Assembly: GCA_051294375.1 (NCBI GenBank)
Contig: CM119263.1
Location: 5,326,010 to 5,390,009, forward strand
Length of the DNA stretch: 64,000 nucleotides
From: Paraspadella gotoi
Lineage: Eukaryota > Animalia > Chaetognatha
Direction: 5' to 3'
Part shown: positions 10,127 through 20,274 of the stretch, one piece after another
Numbering within the stretch: the first letter of the stretch is position 1
Layout of the letters: each line of letters starts with the position of its first letter
Program-made: the position numbers and the translations under genes
Notes under the pieces: model-generated
The model's input: only the letters and a program-made list of their open reading frames with translations
Told to the model about the DNA's origin: nothing
The model's database searches: none

Positions 10127-12989
10127 TTCTTTCAGAAATAACGTCATAATGTAAATAGATATTACATAACGTTATAATGTTTCGACCTCTCAACTTTTAT
10201 CCTACATATATAAACTTCATTTCCTCTTCACCTTCGAACGAAGACCCGTCGTTTCCTCGAACCAACAGGTTCTTCTCTTTCGCTTCGACATAAAGAGAGA
10301 AATCCTCGTCTTTCTTGAGGTGAGGATCGACGATGGTCACGAGTCGACGTCCGCGCGAAGTGAGACGCGCGTGCAGCTGCGGCGGATCGGGGAACTTGGT
10401 CAAGTCCCACTCGGTGTAACGCTTTCCGTCCGTGTGTTCGATATCGAGCCAGATGGCGTCGCAAGGAATTCCGCTCACCTCGTAGCCTAAAAATATAACA
10501 AAAATCCAAATGAAATCAAATATTTTTATTATACCCCTTTTTAAATTAAATTATTTTATAACAACGCTTTTACATTTCCCAAACAAAAGATTACTTTTGG
10601 TTCATTTCAAATGAGATTCAGTTCTTAAATCTTATTTGCATATCAAACCTTCAAATTAGGTCTTCTAATAAATTTTGTATTTTTAATTATAAGGATACTT
10701 TTAATAACCCTTCGTAATGATTTTAATTTCCAAGTAAAAGAATAGTCGCATGTTTAATCAAGATTGACGGAACAACGGCGCCCACAAAAACAAACCACAA
10801 AGTCCCCCACCGGAATCGACTTCGACGACCTCGTCTTCGCTGAAGTAATTCCATCGACTCTGATGCAGACCGAGAGCGAACATCGGCGGCAGCGCGGGAA
10901 ATCCGGTCAGCCTAGCATACTGCGCGTACAGTTCGGCCATTGAAGGACCCGTCAGTACGAAAAGATCGATCGCTCCCGATTCTGAGTACAAGTGGGCGTT
11001 CTTGTTGGGCTTTGAGACTGCGCCGTCGGCCACGTGACCAGTGACAACGTCGACGAAAGTGTCAGACGCGTTGAGCCACAAGGCGGCGACAGGCTGCCGT
11101 TCTCCGCGTGACAGCAGCAGTGGAACGGAGCCGTAGAGACCCTTGGGATCGTCGAGGGCGTAGCCAAAGACGTCGGCGTTGAAAAGGCGGTAGGGCTCGT
11201 CGGCGACGGTGTCGGGCAAAGAGAGGGCGCAGGCCCGCTCTGCCAGGCCGTAGAGACCTTTGCTGGAGGGAAAGGTGATGTCTAAGCCGACAGCGGACGG
11301 TCCGTCGGGTTTGGTGTCGGTCCAAGACCGCCACGTCTCCTCCCAGTCGCCTTCGGGCGGAGGCTGGGTGCCGAAAGGGACGCAGCCGCAGAGGAAGCGA
11401 GTGGAGAAGGAGTCGCTCTTCAGACGAAGAGGTTCGATCTTCAAGAGGTCGCGACTGTTGAGTTGAAGGACGATGACGTCGCCGTTGAAGACCTCGACTC
11501 TGAAAGAAGATTGGAGGAGAGAGGTATGTCAAGGGGTCATAGGAGGGTATATTTGCCTGAGGTGAGATAAGTATATTCTAAGACGTTCAGTTTAACTATG
11601 AATCGCATAGCTGAATAATTGTTAAACTTCTGAACAAATAAAAGAATCACTAAATATTAGAGCGTAGTGAAAGTTACGTACGGAAATTCTAATAGTCAAT
11701 TATGAATAACATACCATCAGTGAACATTAATATGTAAAAATAATTAATTTTATGTTTTTTAATTTTCGCAGTAGGCTATATTTATATATAGTACTATCCT
11801 TATAAAATCTAAAAATTTCAAAATAGGCTTTTCTTAATTTTCCTCGTCAAAAGTTGATAAAAGAAAATATAAATCATTTTTAAAAATTCTTTCATTAAGT
11901 GGGTTAAAAATTAAAAAAACTATATTTAATATATAAAAAAATTATTTTCAGCTTAAAATATAGCTTTTTCTAATTTTTGACCCAATTAATGAAAGAATTT
12001 TTCAAAAAGAGTTATATTTCTTTTTATCAACTTTTAATGACGAATCCAAATCTGCAAAAAAATCTCAGAAAAAACTGCTTTGAAATTTTAACATTTATTG
12101 GATTAGTACGAGTACAAATATGGCCTACTGCGTAAATTGTAAAATTTATTATACATTTTTTTATTATATAAATGTTTATTGGTATAATGTTTTTCGTTCC
12201 TCACTTTTAGAATTTTAATTAAAGTTAAATTTAGAAATTTTACTACGCCTTACTAAATATGAGCAAGTTAACAAGTAATAAAGTGTCAAATTATTATTAT
12301 TAATTAATTAGTTAAAATATTACTATAACTCAATTTAATCATTAAAATTGCTAAAGACTATATTTAGCTAGTGGAAAACCGTAAAACATTTAGATTTAAT
12401 ACTACAATATGTAAATGAGATTGAGAAATTCAATCTCATTTAATATCATATTAAATAATCATCTCTTACAGGGTCAAAAAAACATTTGAATTCAAATAAA
12501 TACCTAAAAGGATCTCCGACAATTATGATGCTGTGAATGTCTGACAGGGTAACTTTAACGCAATCCTTCTCCGAAACAACGTCGACTGTTGGGACAAAAC
12601 ATCGTGAAATAAGAATGAAAGCAAAACAAGGAAAGTCATCCGCAATCTCAAAAAATACTAATCCCCCCCCCACCTCCTTCGGCGAGATGAAGCGCCTCTT
12701 CATCGACAACATCTTCGACGCGAAATCTCTTCTTCAATATCGCCCCTTCGTCTACCCCGAATCGAACGACGCCGCCTTTCAAAATCTCCACTTGAAACTT
12801 TAGATCCGGCGCCACCTTCTTCGATAAAGAGAAGGAAAATCTCGCGGAGCCGTCGTGACGCAGACTCGAGAAGTCGGCGACATAGGCGTCAGCGGCGTCG
12901 GATTGCGCCTTCGAGCCGGCGCCGGGCAGCGACCGCATGCGACGGGCGAAGCTCACATCTTTGGAAGATCGAAAGTCGGTCTCTTCCAT
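7628..12989 (-). CDS. GH31 neutral alpha-glucosidase (glucosidase II alpha GANAB / GANC-like), 9 exons, ~928 aa
   Basis: GT-AG exons 12989-12674, 12585-12504, 11499-10811, 10486-10232, 10039-9813, 9683-9572, 9490-9232, 8552-8348 and 8269-7628 sum to 2787 nt in frame. Motifs: [29 protein letters not shown], nucleophile WIDMNEP, acid/base [24 protein letters not shown]. Confidence 0.93.
8822..8919. repeat. ~100-bp dispersed repeat, copy 1 (in GH31 intron 7)
   Basis: Near-identical to 13557-13653 (gaaagagaggcccgagttacgtacagtttagaccagtgtacaattaataacgggaaaacttt...). It lies within a ~330-bp insert (about 8804-9129) whose ends are weakly inverted (gtgttggggg / cccctaacac). Confidence 0.75.
11658..12252. 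mobile_element. Foldback (palindromic) MITE with 8-bp TSD, hAT-like, in GH31 intron 2
   Basis: Termini TAGAGCGTAGTGAAA / TTTTACTACGCCTTA, with an exact flanking direct repeat CTAAATAT (11650-11657 and 12253-12260). Internal arms are complementary, e.g. cgcagtaggctatattt / aaatatggcctactgcg and aagttgataaaaga / tttttatcaactt, centred near 11940. Confidence 0.8.
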
Positions 12990-13556
12990 TTTTTTTAGTT
13001 TTTTTTTTTCAATTCAAGTTTATTCCGATGGAAAATTAAATGCGCTTTGTTGCAACTTCATGGCTTAGCCTATCACAGATATTGTAGAGCGCAACTAAGA
13101 AATAAAAATTTACAACGTAAAATATTCATGCAAAAAAAAATACTCCGTTAAAATGGAAAAGGTAATATTATCCTGTCACCCAATTTGACTATGATTAATG
13201 ATTATCTTATAGCATCGCGGTGGTGTAAACTTATCTAATCGCATCCGAAAAAATTGGGGGGACGGATTATGTAAACAGTTCAGAAATGTAATAAACAAAA
13301 AAGAATAAAAAGAAAAAGAATTTGGAATGCGTTGAAGGCGGACGGTGATAACATAAATACAATTGCCAGAGATTGTAAGATATCGCAAAAAAAACTGGGC
13401 TTGGTGTTTGGTGACGACCAATCTAGCAACAAGGTTAGATATTTGTATTATCCAAATCAGATAGGATATTAGTTATCAAATGTTAAGTATTCCCCGACAT
13501 TAAATTATCAGAAGATTGTAGAAAAATTCTATCACAAATAAGCGCTTTGTCCGCGG

Positions 13557-13653
13557 GAAAGAGAGGCCCCGAGTTACGTACAGTTTAGACCAGTGTACAA
13601 TTAATAACGGGAAAACTTTAGTAACAAAAATGGAAAAAAAAAACCTTTTTCTC
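13557..13653. repeat. ~100-bp dispersed repeat, copy 2 (just 3' of the esterase-like gene)
   Basis: Direct repeat of 8822-8919 with only a few substitutions or indels. Confidence 0.75.
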
Positions 13654-13746
13654 AACTTCTTTGAGATCCATCGGCGAGATAGTTTTAGTTTTTTTAAATA
13701 TAATTTTGACGCTTAAATATCAATACATTACTGATGTATTAATAAT

Positions 13747-16700
13747 TTAATACTCCTCGAGCCTCTTCCGCTCCCGCCTAAAATTAAGGAAGCCGACGAG
13801 CATAGAGACGATGACGATGACGATGAGGACGACGAGTGAGTAGACGACGATTTGATATACGTATTCCGTCATGACGTTGAGACGAGGGGGCGGGGTTGGG
13901 TCAACGGGGGTCATCGTCGATAAGGACGTGTAGTAGCCTGAGCAAATCGAAAGGGGGGTAAGATTAAGAAACAGCTGACTTTTGGTTAGGGAAGCTTACA
14001 AACGAATTGTCTCTTTGAATCGCGAGCATCAAAGAAATATATTTTCAGTCTTCACGTTAAATACATACAACAAACATAACTTAACGCAATCTTCACATCG
14101 CATTTCTTGCAAAAAATCTATCAACGAGCTCACCTTGCCAGAATCCACACTCGAGCTGCTTATAATTCTCCCTGACGACTCTGATCTGCCGTCGATCGTA
14201 AGCCTCTTGACAAGTGAAGCGTGTCTCCGCTTTCTCGTAGTCAGTCTGAATATTGAGAGACTTAGAATTGGCGTTGGAGAAGAGGCCGGCCGGGTTGGAG
14301 CCGCCGATGGGGATGGTGTTGTCGAAGACGTATTTGTAGGAGCAGCCGAAAGGTTGATGGAGCGAGGAGTTGATGTAGATAAAGTGGTTGCCAGGATTGA
14401 AAGGTTTCCAGGTCAGATTGTAGATGAAGTCATCGTAAGGCTCATAGCCCGGTGGGCGATCCTCCGGGCGGAGCAGCGGCGTCGGGCTGCCCCATCGAGC
14501 GAAGTTGGCCACGAAATCCATCGTCATATTGGAGATGTTCCTGCTCGGAAAATATAATTTATATGAAAGTATATTAAAACGTACCCCTTTTAGCTTTAAA
14601 CCCTTTGCGCACGAACCTATCCATCGGAGTCCAAACCCGATCCAATTTCATATGCCTGATGTGATCCCAAAAAACCCATCTGGGATTTTCCTTCTCGAAA
14701 AAGGGAAACCCGAACATGTATTGAATTGTGTCCCCGGCGGACACGCCCAGCCACTCGGGCAGCGGGGACACTTCCGATCTGTGGTCAAACAAGTACATGT
14801 AGGCCTTTTCCGCCGCGTCTTGATTGTGGAGTTTAAGAGAGGCGTCCAAAGGAGATAAGTAGTAGTAGTCGGTGTAAAGATCCAATAATTTTTGGAGACG
14901 CATTTTGTCGTCCTAGATATATAAATATAAATTAAATTATGGCTTTCTTGGGTAGATTTTGTTTATAAATGTTAATTGTCAAATATGACACACTCCAGAC
15001 GGCCTACCTTCTGATTCGGCCAATAGGTATAGACGTATTCCAACGCGGCGATGATTCGATCGTAATGAACGATATCAGGATATTCTTTTCTAAAAAAGAC
15101 AATTAACGCAAAAAATATTAGCCTTCTAAACAGGGTTCATCTCATTCGCTCCGACATTAGGATCGACAACTAACCTGTCCTCGTGAAACAAGACGTACTG
15201 CTTGTTTCTCTTCCTCGCAAAGACTTCGATCAACGATTCCAATCGACTCCTAGAAATTCCGTCTCTCGCCTCTTCCTCAGTCAGACCGGAATCTCTCAAC
15301 AGGGCGGTGCCACCCGCGTCTCGCTCGAATCCCGCCATGATTGGCACGCGCTTCATGCGCCCCTCCGCGGCGAGAACTTCCGGGCGGCCGGCGAGGAAAG
15401 GGTCGGGAACGAAGTCGTCCACCACGGGGTGCCACGGCTTGAAGTCTGGGAGGGAAAGTAGCGGAAGAAAAAGGGGCGGGGAATTAAAAAACTTAAACAA
15501 TTGAAATTGAACACGAGATAAGAAAGAAATTAAAATTAATTAATCGTTGACGTTGTCTAAGAAAACAAAAGGGTACTAACGTCGTTAAAAGGCAATTAAA
15601 ATGCGTCGAGAGTGATTCTACTGTTTTATCTATCCCAAATTAAATGATAACCTGTCATATCTCAAATATCAATTACTAACCTATCTCTGTATCAATAGTC
15701 ACAGCCATCTCCTCCATGGCGCGCAACTTGAGACAATCCTTAATCTTTTTAAGCGCGTACTCGTAGACTCCTCGGTTGAGCCTGTCCTCTTCGTTGATGT
15801 CGATGATGCAGCCGAGTTTCCGCGCCAGATTCTCCACGTGATGACTCGGAGTGAAGGGTCGGTTCGCCTCCACGTCGTAGAGAAACTTCTTAAGGGTGAC
15901 GGCGCCGGGTGACAGGTCGGTGCCGCCGTGGGCGATCACCCTCGCGAAGAGATCGTGAGATCCGGGGTGGAAAGTGTGAAGGAGGGCGGAGATGGCGCCG
16001 GCCCCGTCGCCCAAGATCGTCACTTTGTTTTTGTCGCCGTTAAAGAGATGGATGTAGGTCTGGACCCACTCCAACGCTTTCTTTTGATCCCAGAGTCCGA
16101 AGTTTCCCGGGCTTTCTCGGGTCCCCGTGCTCATGAAGCCGAGGGCGCCGAGTCGGTAGTTGACAGTAACGACAACGAGATCCTTCTGCGCTAGGATGTG
16201 ACCGGGGAAGATCGAAGAGCCCGACTTGACGAAGTCGCCGCCGTGGAAGTAGACGACGACGGGATAGCGTTGGAACATCTTTTTTTTCAACTCTTCGTAG
16301 TTATAGAGATCCTTGGGAAAATGGTAGGTCAAGTTGGGAGCGAAGATGTTGAGATAAAGACAATCTTCACTGTAGTTGCGCGAGATGTTGGGGGCGAATT
16401 CGGCGAGGAAGGCTCCGTCGTCGATTTGCGCGCAGGAATTGCGGTAGCGAGAGGCGTCGAGTTCGTCGGGGAACCAATTGCGGGGATTCTGCGGTCGTTT
16501 GAAGCGCCAATCCCTCTCGGGGGGTAAGGCGTAGGGGATGCCCAAGAATATGGAGATCTTCCTGTAGAGGAAATTCTCCTCATTAGGATAAACCGTCTGC
16601 GTGATCCGAATCTTTTCCACGGTGATGTTGTAGCCCCGGATGTTACCGCGGTCCGTTTCGATCATAGGTCGCACGTAGTACCAATCGGGTCGAGGCTTGA

Positions 16701-17028
16701 GGTAATCCCATCCGGGATATTTCTCCCAAGGTCGCTCATCCTTTTTCTTGTAACGATTGTAGGGATCCTTGACGTCGTAAGGATCGTGCAGAGGGCGCCA
16801 GATGTTGTGATATCGATCGGGATTGGAGAATATTTCGTTGTACCAGAATACGGGGTCGAACCGATCGTGTTGAGGGTCGAGACGAGGGTCGTAGTTGTAG
16901 GGGTCGTTGGGGTTGGACCCGAATTGTTCCCCTTGGAATTTGTGGCCGATTTTTTGAGCGTGGGCGAAGTTGAGACAAAGAAGAATTAGAGAGAGTACGA
17001 AAGGAAAGGGATGTAAAGTAGTCGCCAT
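13747..17028 (-). CDS. Type I membrane carboxylesterase/cholinesterase-fold protein, non-catalytic (neuroligin/gliotactin-like), 6 exons, ~864 aa
   Basis: Exons 17028-15681, 15445-15175, 15089-15008, 14912-14617, 14540-14134 and 13937-13747 sum to 2595 nt in frame. Signal peptide present. Motifs FLGIPYALPP, SEDCLYLNIF, FHGG, NYRLGALGF, GNFGLWDQ, NFARWGSP, CGFW. GDGAG replaces GxSxG. C-terminal TM helix IVVYSLVVLIVIVIVSMLVGFL is followed by NFRRERKRLEEY*. Confidence 0.9.
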
Positions 17029-17170
17029 TTTATTCTATTTCTTAAGTCGAAGAGGCACTTTCATTTTACAAAGTTATCAAGCAAAACTAAAAACCTACAT
17101 ATGTAGTAAAGACAAATAAAAAGAAACGAATTTAATGAAATGGATGAATTTGATAAAAACGCAATTAATA

Positions 17171-18142
17171 TTAGTAAATAAATAAGCTCCCATCCTCGGG
17201 ACCGATGTAACCAATGGCGATTAAAATGACGTCTATCACAGTCCAAACCCCCAACCCCCCGAAAGAGAACAACTTCCCGATCCCTTCCCTCCATTGACCC
17301 AAATAGAATCGGTCCGCCCCGAATCCTCCGAGAAAGACGGAGAGAAGCAAAGCCGTCGTCCACCGATAACCCGACGTCCAATTGCAGGGCAACATCTTGT
17401 TGAAGGATCTCCGTCCCAGACAGAGCACCTCCGCCTTCACGGTGCAGTTGCTCTTGAATCGCGACTGCGACGTTGGCGCCTTCTTGGCGTGGCAATTGGC
17501 ACCGCGACCGTTGCGCAAAGAGCAGACGTGCTCCGTGCCGAACTTAGTCTGGAAACAATAACGACATATCATCTCCCGAGTAAAAGTCAGAGGACCGCGA
17601 CACTCGACGCGAGGGGAGCAGGTGACGCTCAGTTTTTCGCCATAGCGACAGGAATAATCGAAAGAGCAGTTCAAACAGTCGGCTGGGAGCGACTCGCAAG
17701 GTGTCGTGGGACCGGGACACTCCGCGTCGGAATCTGGGGACCGGGTTTCGAACTCGCGAGAGTCGACGAAGAATTTGACGGGGGCGGGGGGCGGCGTCGT
17801 CGCGTCATCCGTGACGTTCGACCAAGTGTCATTTGATATAGTGACGTTGTTCGGTTCAAGAGAGATAGTTTGGTTCGATGCTAAATCATTTCGAATTGCG
17901 TCGGGATCGACGTCATTTTCTAAAGTCGAGTTTGACGTCCTCGTCGAGTTGTCGGCGTCCGCGGTCGAGTTGTTCGCCGAATCATCGATCGAGTCTTCGC
18001 CCGAAGGATTCGCGGGAAGCGTTCTTCTCTCGGCGTCGAGAACCTGGTCGGCGACGCCGGACGAGGAGGCGTCAGTGTTGGGGTCGACCGAAATCGCGGC
18101 CGAGACGAGAGCGATCAGAAGCGTCGCTTTGAGTTGAAACAT
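17171..18142 (-). CDS. TM2D3: TM2 domain-containing protein 3 (almondex), intronless, 323 aa
   Basis: Signal peptide, N-glycosylation-rich Ser/Thr/Asn stalk, Cys-rich region (CRYCFQ, NCTV, CLGRRSF) and the diagnostic C-terminus CNWTSGYRWTTALLLSVFLGGFGADRFYLGQWREGIGKLFSFGGLGVWTVIDVILIAIGYIGPEDGSLFIY. Confidence 0.96.
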   Translation of the reverse strand: MFQLKATLLIALVSAAISVDPNTDASSSGVADQVLDAERRTLPANPSGEDSIDDSANNSTADADNSTRTSNSTLENDVDPDAIRNDLASNQTISLEPNNVTISNDTWSNVTDDATTPPPAPVKFFVDSREFETRSPDSDAECPGPTTPCESLPADCLNCSFDYSCRYGEKLSVTCSPRVECRGPLTFTREMICRYCFQTKFGTEHVCSLRNGRGANCHAKKAPTSQSRFKSNCTVKAEVLCLGRRSFNKMLPCNWTSGYRWTTALLLSVFLGGFGADRFYLGQWREGIGKLFSFGGLGVWTVIDVILIAIGYIGPEDGSLFIY

Positions 18143-18583
18143 GATGACGGAGATGAGTCACATCGTTGGTGAGACGAAATAGATAATTCGCGTTTTAATC
18201 TAACAATATTATTATTAATTGATTAATAATTGGGTCTTTTTTGTCTCGTATGGTAGAGATCGTCATGGAGGACAGGTCTGGCTTGTGGCGGAGGTGAGGT
18301 GGTTGGGTGGGGGAGTGGATCGAGCAGCGACGAGGTTGAGGCGGAGATCGAGAGATGTCGCGATGAGTCGAGGGGGACTTGGAAAGAGCGAAAGAGACAA
18401 AAGGGAAAAATGGGACCAATTTCTTAGAAATAACAATAAAATAGGAATAAGCGATCCTGGATTTTAATACGCTTGTGAGGCTTAAAAAAAAATAATCATA
18501 TAAACTTTTAAAATAAAAATGATATTAAATATATTAAAATTGTAGGTTACTTTTACTTTCGCCGACGGTTTAAGGGTAGTTAG

Positions 18584-19172
18584 TAAGGCGGGTTAAATTT
18601 GTTCCCTTTTTATCATTAGAAATTTTGTTATATAAAATTCATTTGTCCATTATATAATTAATCAATATTTATTATCACTTTTATAACTAGTGAAGCACAG
18701 TATAACATTTAAATATTTAAATATTTATAAATATATAGGCAATAAAAAATTTTTTTATAAAAATTTTATTTTTTAAGAAAGGATTCAAATAGCCCATAAA
18801 AAATTGTCTACACAAAGTATAATACGTTTTTCAATATTTCGAAAATGGGTCAAATGAAGGAAAAACCCTTAAAAATCTTCATCATCATACTATAATTTTA
18901 TAATTTTTACTAATTTTAACCTATAAAACATAAAAATTTAGAATTCTTATAATTATATTTTTTATTTATTTTTTCAAGCTCTACCCGAATCCATTTTAAA
19001 AAATTCTGAATTTAAAATATAAAATTTTCATGATTTATAGTAATACAATAAACTTTATATACTTTTATATTATTAATTATACATATTTTTTTTTTTAATT
19101 TCGTTATCCCATAAGGATACTTTAACGTTATTTATATGACAGAACTCTAAGTTACTACCTTGTTCCGCCTTA
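18584..19172. mobile_element. Degenerate MITE with TAAGGCGG...CCGCCTTA termini
   Basis: 8-bp terminal inverted repeat, with flanking 8-mers GTAGTTAG / GTGGTTAA (6/8 match). It is 589 bp and very AT-rich, with residual internal palindromy. Terminus and length resemble the element at 11658-12252. Confidence 0.5.
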
Positions 19173-19180
19173 GTGGTTAA

Positions 19181-19560
19181 TAATAATAATTAATTGATAG
19201 ATATAATAGTAATTGATTGATTGATATAATAATAATTAATTAATATAATTTGATATAATAATAATTAATTAATATAATAAATAGATATAATAATAATAGA
19301 TTGATATAATAATAATTGATTGATGTAATAATAATTAATTAATTGATATAATAATAATTTATTGATATAATAATAATTTATTGATATAAAAATAATTTAT
19401 AGATACGATGATAACCAATTATTGATATGATAATTAATTATTGATGCGATGATAACCAAATATTAATGCGATAACCAAATAATTAATATAATAATAATTA
19501 TTCATTAATGTGATGATAGTCATTAATTGATGCAATAATAATCATTCATTGATATGATAA
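19181..19560. repeat. AT-rich minisatellite, ~19-20-bp unit (attgatataataataatt)
   Basis: Many tandem imperfect copies of gatataataataatt, which decay toward the right end. Confidence 0.85.
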
Positions 19561-20274
19561 ATCATTCGTCATAAATAAGACGTGTATGAATGAATGAGAA
19601 CCCATCTAACGAGATAAAAATTATTCTCGATCCAGGAATGCCGTTAATCTTAATCATGTTAACCTATGCTCATTATTTATTATTTACTATTTAAAGTTAT
19701 TTCTAAATAAGTACTGGTTAAATAAGAAATAAATAGTTAATCTTGCATATATTTGAAAAGCTCGTCTTAGCTAAGCCTAAGGTCTTGATGAGCTTGACTA
19801 ATCTATTGAATTAAGATATTTCTTAAAAACTCGCAATGAAACAATCAAAATTTAATTTAATAAAAATACAAAACGAAAAACATCTAACTACTTCTAGAAG
19901 GGTTCTAAGTTCTACTTACGAATGAAAAATCGCAAGAATATGAATTAAACGACAGTTAATTTATGTAAACAAAACACTCATTTCAAAAGAATGATATTAA
20001 GGGAAAGGAATTAACAAATATTTTTATTTTCTTAAAACTAATTCAAAACAGATAATGACCATTACTGTCAAGATATTATTATTTTCCTTTGTAATCATGA
20101 AATAGCGGGAAAAACCCTGGTTTAAAACCATCAGAAACGGGTCGAGCATATAAATAAAAAGAAATACACTTTTACTAAGCGTCCGGAAACGATTGTCATA
20201 AACAAAGAAACAAAAACAAAAAAACAAAAACGCGGAAGGTATGTAGATTGGATTTTCGGTTAAGAAAAAACGCA

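Noticed and set aside
12413-12441. Isolated short hairpins (12-bp stem here; also 148-179 and 29312-29338)
   Set aside because: Expected at this frequency in AT-rich, MITE-littered DNA, with no supporting context.
19181-19560. CRISPR-like array (also the 43-bp repeats at 54748-54905)
   Set aside because: These are head-to-tail degenerate repeats without unique spacers, in a eukaryotic context with no cas genes.
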